From positions 1 to 36,065 of the forward strand of contig JAYZAC010000054.1 in NCBI GenBank assembly GCA_036339875.1: 36,065 bases of DNA, written 5' to 3'. Of this stretch, positions 1 through 9,600 are shown piece after piece. A program made the translations under genes and the position numbers. The stretch is from a bacterium. Its GTDB lineage: Bacteria > Muiribacteriota > UBA6191. How positions within the stretch are numbered: the stretch's first letter is position 1; the number at the start of each line of letters is the position of its first letter. Under the pieces are notes generated by a model. It had not been told where the DNA came from, ran no database searches, and saw only the letters and a list, made by a program, of their open reading frames with translations.

Positions 1-411
1 TGGTTCAAATTTGAAAAATCCTTTGTAATCAGCTTGTACTTGAATTTTATCTAGAGTCTTTTCATTTATGACTTCCAAAGTCAAGCCAGGATGTGTATGA
101 CCTTGTAAAGTTATTGATTCGTTAGACGTTTCTTGAGGCAAAGAAAAAATGTGTATACTGTCGTCAAATTGAGGGTTCACAAATCGGGTTTCATTGATGT
201 GAGCAGGTGCATTTCGGTCAAAACTTATTACCTGCTTACCGCCTTTGACACCTTCGTACCAATAGTAGTGCTGTAAATCAAGACTGAGACCGATTAAATA
301 TGTAAATAAAACAACAATGGCAAAACAGACCGCTTTGCCCTTCTCACCTATGTAGTAATGTCCAAGACCTGGAAAGAGTAAGTTTGCTACAACACTAAGG
401 TATGCTTTCAT
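1..411 (-). CDS. Membrane protein, 5' part only (runs off left edge); N-terminal TM2-like 'PGLGHYYIG' motif plus a TM helix, then a soluble region
   Basis: Not in the ORF track; translated by hand from ATG at 411: MKAYLSVVANLLFPGLGHYYIGEKGKAVCFAIVVLFTYLIGLSLDLQHYYWYEG..., open for 137 codons to base 1. GAGG lies just upstream, 30 bp after the rpmA stop. Confidence 0.75.
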   Translation of the reverse strand, partial: MKAYLSVVANLLFPGLGHYYIGEKGKAVCFAIVVLFTYLIGLSLDLQHYYWYEGVKGGKQVISFDRNAPAHINETRFVNPQFDDSIHIFSLPQETSNESITLQGHTHPGLTLEVINEKTLDKIQVQADYKGFFKFEP

Positions 412-441
412 GAGCCTCAGAATACTATATTTGACTTAAAT

Positions 442-708
442 TTACGCAGATGCTTGTTGAGGGTAGACGCTGACTTTCTTACGACTACGTCCCATTCTCT
501 CGAATGTAACAACGCCGTCACACAAAGCATATAGCGTGTAGTCCTTGCCCATTCCGACATTTTTTCCTGGATGGACTGCCGACCCTCGTTGTCGAATAAT
601 TATATTGCCAGCAATGACAGCCGAGCCACCACTCTTCTTTACTCCTAAATATTTAGGATTCGAATCTCTTCCGTTAGAACTACTTCCGACACCTTTTTTG
701 TGAGCCAT
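442..708 (-). CDS. rpmA: 50S ribosomal protein L27 (short form, no N-terminal extension)
   Basis: [25 protein letters not shown]...GNIIIRQRG...[17 protein letters not shown] is the L27 signature; SD GAGGAG 6 nt before ATG. Confidence 0.99.
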   Translation of the reverse strand: MAHKKGVGSSSNGRDSNPKYLGVKKSGGSAVIAGNIIIRQRGSAVHPGKNVGMGKDYTLYALCDGVVTFERMGRSRKKVSVYPQQASA

Positions 709-719
709 AATGGTCTCCT

Positions 720-1064
720 CTATTTTTCTCTTATGTTAACGCTTATGTGTTCGGGGTGATGCTTTTCCAGCCTCTTAAATCCGATTAAACTAACCTTAAC
801 AAGTATATCTAATATATTTTCTTTTTTATCCTCGAGTCTATGAACATTTCTGCGTGTAACTGAACATAAACCTTTGTCATTGCGAAACTCAAATTCCGTA
901 TTACCAACAAGTTTTAGAACTGCTTCTTGAAAGTTCTGAACTGTGACTGAAACAGAATTACAAACTACCCCAAACGACTGACCGGCATCATGACTGAGCT
1001 GATGTCCTTCCACTCGTAAAACATCTAGACTCTGATTTGTGAATTCAAAATGAATATTAATCAT
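720..1064 (-). CDS. prp: Prp/YsxB-like ribosomal processing cysteine protease (divergent)
   Basis: 114 aa between rplU and rpmA, the canonical prp position; 'VEGH(21)...VVC(35)NSVS' matches the Prp GH...VC motif; C-terminal '[16 protein letters not shown]' resembles the family's 'GL..l...YP..i' end. Confidence 0.75.
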   Translation of the reverse strand: MINIHFEFTNQSLDVLRVEGHQLSHDAGQSFGVVCNSVSVTVQNFQEAVLKLVGNTEFEFRNDKGLCSVTRRNVHRLEDKKENILDILVKVSLIGFKRLEKHHPEHISVNIREK

Positions 1065-1086
1065 TTGCGAATTCTGTCAACAGCTT

Positions 1087-1428
1087 CTAGTTGATTGTTA
1101 TCCCAGTGATTTTAACTGCCGTGAAGTACTGACGATGCCCCTGAATGCGACGATATCTTTTACGTCGTCTTTGCTTGAATACAAGAATTTTCTTGTGGCG
1201 TCCCAGCACGCGACCGTTCTCCTTGACTTCTCCGCTTTCGATAACCACCGTACCAGTCACCTTGGCATTGACCGATTTACCCACGTGAAGATTGTTGGCA
1301 TCAGCAACTAATAAGACGTCATCAAATACAACTTCATCGCCCCGCTTGCCTGCAATCTTTTCAATTCTTATTTCAGTTCCTTCTTCAACTTTATACTGTT
1401 TGCCACCAGTTTTAATAACTGCGTACAT
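1087..1428 (-). CDS. rplU: 50S ribosomal protein L21
   Basis: MYAVIKTGGKQYKVEEG...GHRQYFTAVKI. Start moved from 1452 to ATG 1428 because GGAGG precedes it and MYAVIKTGGKQY is the conserved N-terminus. Confidence 0.98.
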   Translation of the reverse strand: MYAVIKTGGKQYKVEEGTEIRIEKIAGKRGDEVVFDDVLLVADANNLHVGKSVNAKVTGTVVIESGEVKENGRVLGRHKKILVFKQRRRKRYRRIQGHRQYFTAVKITGITIN

Positions 1429-1508
1429 GTCTGCCTCCATACCCGTAGCCACGAGCCAAACCGAACAGCATAAATTTGCTGTGCAAGTGATAACACGCGA
1501 AATCGAGA
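1429..1508 (-). promoter_or_regulatory. Structured 5' leader of rplU (candidate L21-leader-like autoregulatory element)
   Basis: ~80-nt UTR between the promoter and SD, with hairpins ACAGCA-AATTTA-TGCTGT (1482-1465) and CTCGT-GGCT-ACGGG (1455-1442), the latter directly before GGAGG. Confidence 0.4.
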
Positions 1509-1514
1509 TGTGAG

Positions 1515-1543
1515 AGTATATCCAAGCCTTTATAGACAGTCAA
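1515..1543 (-). promoter_or_regulatory. sigma70-type promoter of the rplU-prp-rpmA operon
   Basis: Minus strand TTGACT (1543-1538) - N17 - TATACT (1520-1515), with an AT-rich upstream tract. Confidence 0.8.
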
Positions 1544-1552
1544 TTTAATTTT

Positions 1553-3022
1553 TTAAGAGAAGCGAAAATTTTCAAAATGAAGGTTTGAGTCACCTCGGAC
1601 GAAGATTCTGGTATTAGTTTCTTTTTCCAGTTGCTTAAAATTATATTCGTCATGCTCGAGTAGAATTGCAGCAACTTCAGGATGACATGTTGCATGTACG
1701 AGATCTGCATGATGTCGACTTTTACAGAATTTTTTTAATTCTCTAAATATTTTGTTACACATATAGTCGCGGCTATGAATTCGTCCACGACCTTTACAAT
1801 ATGGGCACTTCTCGAGAAGTTGAGAAGCTAATGTTTTTCCTATGCGTTGCCGTGTTAATTCCAAGATACCTAGTTCACTAATTGGGCGAATATTATACTT
1901 TGTCTTGTCCCCTCGGCAGCTTTCTTTGAGCGTTTCGTATACTTGATCTCTATGTTCTATTACCAACATATCTATAAAATCCACGACGACAATCCCGCCT
2001 AAATTTCTCAATCTTAGCTGACGTGCAATTTCAGCTGCAGCTTCCAGATTAGTTTTAAAGACTGTTTCTTCGAGATCGTTTGTTCCGATGTAGGAGCCAG
2101 TGTTTACATCGATACTGATCAGCGCTTCAGTTTCTTCAATTATTACATATCCTCCTGAAGGTAGAGAGACACGTGAGTTGATTGCGCGGTGAATCTCTTC
2201 TTCGATTGAATGTTTTTCAAATAGTGTTTCGTTAGAAAAACTTATTCGTTGTCTGAGGTCAGCCGGAAAAAACTTACAGTAATTGATTACTTTTTCGTAT
2301 TCATCACGATTATCAATCAAGAATTTATCTATTGAGCTATTGAACAAGTCTCTCACGACCTTTAGAAGTAAACTTGACTCCTCATGTACTAGAGAGGGTG
2401 TGGGGCTTAACATTTCCTGTCGCTGTATGGACTCCCAAAGGTTGACTAAAAAATCAAGATCTTCTCCGAGTTCCTCTTTGGAGTGACCTACCGCAACAGT
2501 TCTTATAATCAGGCCCATATTATCAGGTTTTATACCTAGACCAATTTCATGAAGGCGAGCGACTTCGACAGGATCTTCTATACGTCTAGATATTCCAATG
2601 TGGCTAGATGTTGGCATTAGAACCAAATACCTTCCTGGAAGGGTTAGATATGTTGTACCTCGAGCACCTTTAGAGCCAATGGGTTCTTTGATTATTTGTA
2701 CTAGAATTTCCTGCCCCACTTTTAGGATATCCGTAATAGATACCGGCGGTTGAGACTCTTCTCCATCATCTTCATCATCTACTTGCCAAGGTTCACCTAA
2801 ATTAATGTCACTAAGAGGAAGGAAAAGATCTCTCTGGATACCTACATCCACAAAGGCACATTGCATACCAGGTACTATGTTCGTAACACGGCCTTTCATT
2901 ATGCTGCCAACCAATGTTCGATCGGAAGAATGTTCTACATGAATTTCAGACAGCCTCTTCTCTTGGACGAGGGCTACTCGATTTGTGCTGGGAGTGCAAT
3001 TGGCTAATAATAGACTACTCAT
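1553..3022 (-). CDS. rng: Rne/Rng family ribonuclease (RNase G / CafA-size)
   Basis: S1 domain 'GRVTNIVPGMQCAFVDVG', 'KEPIGSKGARGTT', 'TEALISIDVNTG', 'EIARQLRLRNLGGIVVVDFIDM', Zn-link CPYCKGRG; 489 aa with no long RNase E tail. Confidence 0.95.
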   Translation of the reverse strand: MSSLLLANCTPSTNRVALVQEKRLSEIHVEHSSDRTLVGSIMKGRVTNIVPGMQCAFVDVGIQRDLFLPLSDINLGEPWQVDDEDDGEESQPPVSITDILKVGQEILVQIIKEPIGSKGARGTTYLTLPGRYLVLMPTSSHIGISRRIEDPVEVARLHEIGLGIKPDNMGLIIRTVAVGHSKEELGEDLDFLVNLWESIQRQEMLSPTPSLVHEESSLLLKVVRDLFNSSIDKFLIDNRDEYEKVINYCKFFPADLRQRISFSNETLFEKHSIEEEIHRAINSRVSLPSGGYVIIEETEALISIDVNTGSYIGTNDLEETVFKTNLEAAAEIARQLRLRNLGGIVVVDFIDMLVIEHRDQVYETLKESCRGDKTKYNIRPISELGILELTRQRIGKTLASQLLEKCPYCKGRGRIHSRDYMCNKIFRELKKFCKSRHHADLVHATCHPEVAAILLEHDEYNFKQLEKETNTRIFVRGDSNLHFENFRFS

Positions 3023-3600
3023 GATGTTGTGGATTCTATCAGTTTATCGAGTTCGTCCTGTCTACCATCTTTAAGTTTGCCAATGAAATCCATGTTACGG
3101 AAAAATTGTCTGTAATCCAATCCGAAGCCTACAACGAAATGGTTGTCTACTTCAAAAGCTTTATAGTCGGCTTCAACAGCTATTTTACGGGGTGCTTTTT
3201 TATCTAATAATGCACATATTTTGATCGATTTAGGCTTACGAACCATTAGCATTTCTCGTAAGTTATGGAGTGTTAGGCCAGAATCAATAATGTCATCTAT
3301 GAGGAGTACGTGGCGTCCTGCGATATTGGTTTGCAAATCCTTCTCAATTTTCACGACACCTGTGGACGACATTGCATTGCCATAGCTACTGACATACATA
3401 AAGTCAACTTGAGTTGGACAGTTCATATTTTTGATTAGTTCAGAATAGAACATGAAGCAGCCTCTTAAAATACCTACCGCAACGACTCCTTCTGAGCTAT
3501 ACTCTTCAGAAATTTGCTCGGCAAGTTCCTTGGTTCTTGATTCAATGGTTTCACGTGGTAGCATTACCTCAAAATTTTCATTAAACCATTCCTTGGACAT
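3019..3600 (-). CDS. hpt: Hypoxanthine phosphoribosyltransferase
   Basis: 'VDFMYVSSYG', PRPP-binding 'VLLIDDIIDSGLTL', 'FVVGFGLDY'; 4-bp ATGA overlap with rng suggests translational coupling. Confidence 0.96.
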   Translation of the reverse strand: MSKEWFNENFEVMLPRETIESRTKELAEQISEEYSSEGVVAVGILRGCFMFYSELIKNMNCPTQVDFMYVSSYGNAMSSTGVVKIEKDLQTNIAGRHVLLIDDIIDSGLTLHNLREMLMVRKPKSIKICALLDKKAPRKIAVEADYKAFEVDNHFVVGFGLDYRQFFRNMDFIGKLKDGRQDELDKLIESTTS

Positions 3601-3631
3601 ATAATTCCCCTTGGCATCTGCAAAGTGCGCG

Positions 3632-3640
3632 ATTGTAACA
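3632..3640 (-). promoter_or_regulatory. Extended -10 promoter candidate for hpt-rng
   Basis: Minus strand TG-T-TACAAT ~30 nt upstream of the hpt ATG in the divergent hpt/rnhB gap. Confidence 0.45.
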
Positions 3641-3698
3641 TAATGTTTAGTGTTTCATAAGGCTAGAGTTGGTGAATTTATGAAGGAGAGATTGTTGA

Positions 3699-4451
3699 AT
3701 GCAGTATTCGATAGGTGAGTATTCCTCAAAAGCCTTTTCTAGGTTTCAATTATTGGCAGGCGTTGACGAGGTCGGTAGGGGGCCGCTGGCAGGTCCTGTG
3801 GTTGCTTGCGCTGTAGTTTTTCGTAAAGGTTTTGAATTGGAAGGTTTGCGAGATTCTAAAAAGTTAAGTCCCAAGCGTCGAGCCGAGTTGTGTGAAAAAA
3901 TTTTAGCTGGAGCTGAAAGTGTTAATTGGGCGTTTATAAGCGAAATGATTATTGATAGGTTAAATATTTATAATGCTGCACGTAAGGCAATGGAAACTGC
4001 TGTGACTGGTCTATCTATTACCCCAGAGTCGATTTTGGTTGATGCTATGCATTTACCTGCCGTCTCCATTGAGCAGACTAGTCTTGTAAAAGGTGATCAG
4101 AGGGAGCCATGTATCATGGCAGCAAGTATTGTTGCTAAGGAGGTTCGAGATAAATATATGAAGCAGTTAGGCGAGCTTCATCCTGAATACGGTTTTGAGA
4201 AGCATATGGGATATGGGACAGCCAAGCATTTGTCTGCATTGCGTGAATTTGGAGTATTGGATTGCCATCGCAGAAGCTTTAAGCCAGTTATGAAAATTTT
4301 ACTCAATGATGAGGAGGCTTTAGAAAAGGAATTGTGTGGAAAATCAAAGGTCGAGCTTATTGATTTTGTAAAGCGTGTTAAGCAAATGAACTTTGCTGAT
4401 AATTTGAGTTCGTGCATGAATTTAGTAAATTCTTATTTAAAAGGGCGATGA
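3699..4451 (+). CDS. rnhB: Ribonuclease HII
   Basis: 'AGVDEVGRGPLAGPVVA', 'LRDSKKLS', 'AASIVAKEVRD', 'YGFEKHMGYGT', 'HRRSFKP'; extra ~50-aa helical C-terminus. Confidence 0.97.
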   Translation: MQYSIGEYSSKAFSRFQLLAGVDEVGRGPLAGPVVACAVVFRKGFELEGLRDSKKLSPKRRAELCEKILAGAESVNWAFISEMIIDRLNIYNAARKAMETAVTGLSITPESILVDAMHLPAVSIEQTSLVKGDQREPCIMAASIVAKEVRDKYMKQLGELHPEYGFEKHMGYGTAKHLSALREFGVLDCHRRSFKPVMKILLNDEEALEKELCGKSKVELIDFVKRVKQMNFADNLSSCMNLVNSYLKGR

Positions 4452-5623
4452 TGAATTTGGGTGGGCTACCTTCAGATTTTAAACTTGGTGCTTTGCAGCA
4501 AGCGCGTGTTTTGGGTGTTGTGGACAAGCGGGCAATTCTGCTCGTCAAGGGTCGAGCTTTAGGGGTACCCGTTGCTGAGGGTGCCGGAGTTAAAGAGGGT
4601 CAGCAATTAAATGGCCGCTTTATTAAGTCTTCGAATGGTAATTATCAATTTGAAGTTCAAGAGTCTCGAACACTGAATCATTCTACAAATAGTAAGGTGC
4701 ATCTCGGGTCGTTTTTCTCTAATCATGGTATTAAGCCTACGGAGTTGAATTTTCTAGTTGGTCATAAAGCAATGCAAATGGGCCAGTCATTGACGCCGGA
4801 GTTGTTTCATCAGATTCAAAGATTTTCGGCTTTGCTGCCCGACTTTTCTGAATCAAGCGTACATTCTTTATTGCTAGCAATTGCCAGTAGATTTCCAATA
4901 ACTCGTTCTACATTAAAATTGGGGCGTAACCAGTTGATTGAGAATCGCGGTACGGTGGCTTTGGTTAAAGGCTTATTTGGAATGAAATCGAATCAGGCTT
5001 TGAGTTTGGATCAAACGCGAGCTTTAAGTAAATATTTTCCAGAACTAGATGATCTTGGTTTTGATTTAAGACGTTATTTTGATAGAAGTGGTATCGACTT
5101 GGAGGCGCAATTACGTCGTGGTTTATCTGACTCGCAGAGTGAATTTTTAAAATTGGATGAGAAAGGTTTTGATCCGCTTAAGAAGTTGATCAAGGATTTG
5201 ATGAGTTTTACAAAACTTTTCAAAACATCAGTTGACCCTTCAGAGCAGGTGTTGCAAATCCCATACCTTACGGAAGGTAGGCTGGAGGAGCTCACGCTCG
5301 TTGTTGGTCGGGAAACTCCTGACGATGATAATAATGAAGGAAATGTTACAAGTCTAAGGTTGTATATTGATTTGAGTAGTTTAGGTCCTACTATGATAGG
5401 TTTTCAAATTGTTAATGATCGCCTTGATATAACCCTCCGAAACGAAGATTTTACAGTCGTAGAATTTTTGCAATCTCGTCAATCACAAATAACTGAAGAG
5501 ATGAGTGGTGTAAGTGATTTTCGGGTAATTAAGGTTAGAGTTGTACAGTCCAAAGTTGAGGCTCCAGATCCACTTTTTTTAGATGAGGCTGTAAAGCCAC
5601 AGCGTATTGATATGAGTGTGTGA
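4448..5623 (+). CDS. FliK-like (hook-length control C-terminal domain) / YlqG-like protein
   Basis: C-terminal 'LQIPY...LRLYIDLSSLGPTMIGFQIVNDRLDITL...FLQSRQSQITEEM' and terminal 'RIDMSV' resemble FliK-C; position between rnhB and a short FlhB-like gene matches rnhB-ylqG-ylqH. Start placed at ATG 4448 (ATGA overlap with the rnhB stop) rather than 4412. Confidence 0.65.
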   Translation: MMNLGGLPSDFKLGALQQARVLGVVDKRAILLVKGRALGVPVAEGAGVKEGQQLNGRFIKSSNGNYQFEVQESRTLNHSTNSKVHLGSFFSNHGIKPTELNFLVGHKAMQMGQSLTPELFHQIQRFSALLPDFSESSVHSLLLAIASRFPITRSTLKLGRNQLIENRGTVALVKGLFGMKSNQALSLDQTRALSKYFPELDDLGFDLRRYFDRSGIDLEAQLRRGLSDSQSEFLKLDEKGFDPLKKLIKDLMSFTKLFKTSVDPSEQVLQIPYLTEGRLEELTLVVGRETPDDDNNEGNVTSLRLYIDLSSLGPTMIGFQIVNDRLDITLRNEDFTVVEFLQSRQSQITEEMSGVSDFRVIKVRVVQSKVEAPDPLFLDEAVKPQRIDMSV

Positions 5624-5626
5624 TAG

Positions 5627-5899
5627 ATGCGAAAAAAAGCAGTAGCGTTAAAATATGATCCAAAATTAGGTCCGCAAAACGGTGAGTCTCCCATGGTAAC
5701 GGCAAAGGGTGCTGGTTACGTTGCAGAAGAGATTTTAAGGCGTGCTGCGGAGGCAAACGTGTACATTCATGAAGATCGTGATTTGGTGGAGGTTTTATCC
5801 AAAGTAGACTTAGGTTCAGAAATACCAGAAAGTCTATATGAAGCTGTTGCAAGGGTGCTGGCAATGGTCTACCAGTTCAACAAGGATTTTGAAAGCTGA
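5627..5899 (+). CDS. Stand-alone FlhB C-terminal-like protein (EscU/YscU/HrcU-family switch domain, YlqH/FlhX-like)
   Basis: 'KAVALKYD...PMVTAKGAGYVAEEILRRAAEANVYIHEDRDLVEVL...EIPESLYEAVARVLAMVY' corresponds to the FlhB fragment downstream of the NPTH cleavage site; 90 aa, no TM part. Confidence 0.92.
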   Translation: MRKKAVALKYDPKLGPQNGESPMVTAKGAGYVAEEILRRAAEANVYIHEDRDLVEVLSKVDLGSEIPESLYEAVARVLAMVYQFNKDFES

Positions 5900-5907
5900 T
5901 ACCTTAG

Positions 5908-6579
5908 TTATCCCATGAATTCGATTGTCTTGAGTGTTTGTATGTATTCCCATGATAATTTTGGGGCAGGTTGTCCAGTTGTGACTGATATTTCTATATG
6001 CCTAGAAGGTCGCTCGTTTTGAGAAGGCGGAGAATTAGGTAGACTTGGAAGAATATGAACTTTCTTGTATCTAGTGTCCATTTCAATTTTATAGTTTTGT
6101 AGGTGCTCTTGCTGCCCCTCTTCTAATAGAAGTTGAGGCAATTGAAGGGTAGATAGGGCCACCTCTTCATAATTTACCGATATACTCATACTTTTTCCTG
6201 GCAAGATTATGTAGGGTATTAAAACCCGCTTAGATTCAGTTTCGTAGTGCATCCAGTAATTGTCGAAAGTGAACCCACTAAAATCTTCGGATAAGGTTTT
6301 CCACTGAATTCTGGTGGGTCTCCTACTTGACTTGGTATCAAGCTGTAATACTAAAAAACTAAGCTTAGGTAGCCATGCAGAGTTGTTAATCGTGCTTTGT
6401 AACTCATGTTTAGCGAAATACCCTTTCAGCTGAGTTTTAATTTGCACATTATCTAGGAAAACGCCGCGACTATTTAATATCAAGAAAAGTAGTGCTGTAT
6501 TTATCAAAATGAAGGTAAAGGTGAGCTTTTTTGTACGTTTCCAGTTGAAAGGCATATAAATCTTGTGGGTTTTTGTCAT
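5908..6579 (-). CDS. Hypothetical protein with N-terminal membrane anchor
   Basis: 223-aa ORF filling the gap; basic N-terminus followed by hydrophobic 'LTFTFILINTALLFLIL'; no recognisable motif. Confidence 0.6.
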   Translation of the reverse strand: MTKTHKIYMPFNWKRTKKLTFTFILINTALLFLILNSRGVFLDNVQIKTQLKGYFAKHELQSTINNSAWLPKLSFLVLQLDTKSSRRPTRIQWKTLSEDFSGFTFDNYWMHYETESKRVLIPYIILPGKSMSISVNYEEVALSTLQLPQLLLEEGQQEHLQNYKIEMDTRYKKVHILPSLPNSPPSQNERPSRHIEISVTTGQPAPKLSWEYIQTLKTIEFMG

Positions 6580-6667
6580 TTTTTGTTAATATTCGATGGA
6601 ATTGGAATATATTGTTATTTTTATGATAACAGTTTTAAAAACACTGCTGTAAGCTAATTCAAAACTT

Positions 6668-9600
6668 ATGTTTGAAAAAGATAGCAGAACAAGTCGAAGC
6701 ACGCGGTTGATGAACTGGATATTAACACTTTTTATATTTGCGTTTTCCTTACAAACGATCGATGCAGTTTGTAGTGGAAACAGTCTGGGTAGTGTGAGTG
6801 AACAGCAATGCCGTACTGGCACTTTACCACCAGGTTGCGCTATCGACAGTGTTGAAATTCAGAACGTTCCCAATGACGGAGCTTCTTTGCGGACTAGCTA
6901 TTCGCAATTTCCAGTAACGTTTAACCACACGGGCGGTCCTGGAACGACTTATACTGCGCGACCCGTTCTGTCAGACCCCAGCGATTCGGGTACTAGCATT
7001 ACAGAATCTGAATGTACTGATCAAAGGTTGACAATATTCTTTGCTAACTCTGGCCAAAAAAATATTCAGATAGCCGTTTTTCAGATTGAGACTAATCGAG
7101 AAGTGACAAGTTCGAATGCTTTACCTGTGATTTATGATAGGACCCCACCTGAGGTAAATATATTGAGGGTCTTTGTAGGTAGTGGCTTGGAAGGTACTGG
7201 TCTAGAGTACTCTACGGGAACAACGTATTACACAAGTCAAGAGGTTTTTGTTAGGGCCAGAGTGGTCGACCCAGCACCTTCACAGGCTTCAGAGGAGTTG
7301 GGTGTCAAGATTGTTTCAGGCCTTTCTTCGCCGCAACCTGTTACTCCTCCGACAGATCCGGATAATCCAGGACTTTTTGAAGTGCCATTGAATATTAGTA
7401 GTGAACAGGTAGATGGTGAATACCTTGTAAGAGTTGCTGGAATCGATGATAAAGATGGTGAATTTGAAGATGGATCGCCAGCTAATGTGGGTGAAAGTAA
7501 GTTGATACGTGTGATTCGAGATACAGTTGATCCTATAATTACCAGAGTTGAACTCGTTAAAAATGTAGGGACTGAAAATCAATTAGTTGAAAATATTCCG
7601 GGCGCTTTCATTGATGCTGGTAGAGTTCGAGTCAGAGTTACGTTTAGCGAAGCTATGAAGCAGCCACCTCAGCTTTTAATACTTCAACAGGGTAACGGTG
7701 CAGGTGAACCTCCGAGTCAACCTATCCAAGCTACATTTGATTCTCAATTGTTTGCAGCTAATCCCGTCATGGTAGAGTATGAGTTTGCGCCTTTAATTGG
7801 ACCCGCAGATACAGGGCCAGCAACTTTTCAGTTTGATGTGGGTGGAGTAGATTTGGCTGGTAATGAGCTCGACGTGAATTCTGGAGTGCTTAATGGGGGT
7901 GAGATTCAGAGGGCGGTTATTGTAGATGTGAACCCACCTAGTCTTAATCGGGTGAGTCCTGACAATCCTGGAGATGTTCAGACTATACCCTCCAATAATC
8001 AGAAGATCCCCAAGAATGGTTTCCCTCATCAGATTACCATGATTGTTAGAGATTATAATTTACCGACCAATATAGGAATTGAGGATGAGCAATTACTTAG
8101 TGGAACGGGGGATGCCTCGGGAGTGAATTTTGACAAGATTGCAGACTCTGCAGACCAGAGTTCTGATGGAGCTCAGCAGGATGCAGTTATAAGGGTGGAA
8201 GTTACGGATCCTAACTCGCAAATTGTCCCAGGTACTTTGGTGACCCAACCCCCGAATGGTTTGATCTACCTTTTGCCCGATGTTGATAAGATTTATCCAG
8301 ATTTGAATGGCATGGCCCCTGAGGGAACTTTCACCGTAAAAGTTGATCTGGTTGATAAAGTTGGTAATGCTACTATAGAAACGTTCTTTTTTCAGGTTGA
8401 TAACACTGACATAATAGGAAGTAGTATACAGGTTTCATTAGAGCCTTCTACAGAGGCAAATACTGATTTTGTTGCAGATTCAGATAACCCTTTACTGACT
8501 AATCCAATTACAGGTAGAGAAGTTCCTGAGTTGCCACAACTAATAGACCTGCGAGATTTAGATGCTGTGAATACTCTGTCTTCAGTTCGTGTATGCTCTA
8601 ATGATTCCTCTTTCGATCTCACTCGATCCGAAGTTGCCTTGAAGGCTAGATTAAATGGTCCTGATACAGTACCTCGTGCTATGAATACAAGTTCGACGAC
8701 AGAGGTTGGAGAATCTAATTCTTGTGGTACGCAAGGTGAATTTGTGTTGCAAGTTTCAGAAGATCAACAATCTAGCTTTCCGGATTTGGGTGCTTTTCCC
8801 AATCCTACAGGTTCGCCAGGTGTTAATGTGGCACCAGGAACAAGAGATCCGCGCTTTGGTCAATTTGATGGGCCGTATGTCGTGGAAGTCGTTGCTCGAG
8901 ATGATGCAGGTAATATTTCTGATCCAATCAGAAAAGAGTTTTTGCTTGATACAACTCAGCCATATACAGATACTACATATCCTCCAGATCATGGGAAGAT
9001 AAATTCTCCAATACGTCATATATCAGCGGTTTTAGTGGATCCGCATCCACCACGTATACATACTTTGGATCCAAAAGGGCGTCTTAACTACGGTTCAGGT
9101 ATAAACATAGAACAAAGTGGACTTAAGTTATTTTTAGCTACTCCATACCGAGAGTCGCAAGCTTCCGCATCTGGTTTTTTTACAGGCAGTGGTGGAGATT
9201 TAGAGCTTCGAAGTAAGTTAAGTTTTACTCATATTCCTAATAGTTTGGATCCTGATAAGCCGAGTTTTGACCCGAAAGATGACAAGTATAGGGTACTTTT
9301 GGAATTTGTTGATACTAATGCAGTAGTAACATCTTTACCCGATGATGGTTCGGTTGACGGATTGTATAGAATAGAGTCAGTTCCTGTTGATAATGCTGGA
9401 AATTCGGTAAATCCAGCTGTTGATGGTTCTTCTGGATGGGTAAGTTTCGGTGATGAGAGGGCTAACCGCCCCAAGGAAGTGACTCGATCTTTCGTGTTCT
9501 TGTTGGATAGCATTCCGCCTCAATTGAGTATTGACGGCAATCCCTCAGAGCTGAATTTTAATGGCTCCAAATTTAGGTTATCTGGAAAAACTTTAGACTT

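Noticed and set aside
1429..1452. Apparent N-terminal extension MATGMEAD on L21 (a tempting alternative Prp substrate)
   Set aside because: The extra codons overlap the GGAGG SD and leader hairpin; the well-spaced SD supports ATG 1428.
1292..6822. Short overlapping ORFs 1292..1513, 2283..2486, 4178..4417, 5074..5295, 5479..5694, 5535..5864, 6586..6822
   Set aside because: Antisense to confidently identified genes; no independent support.
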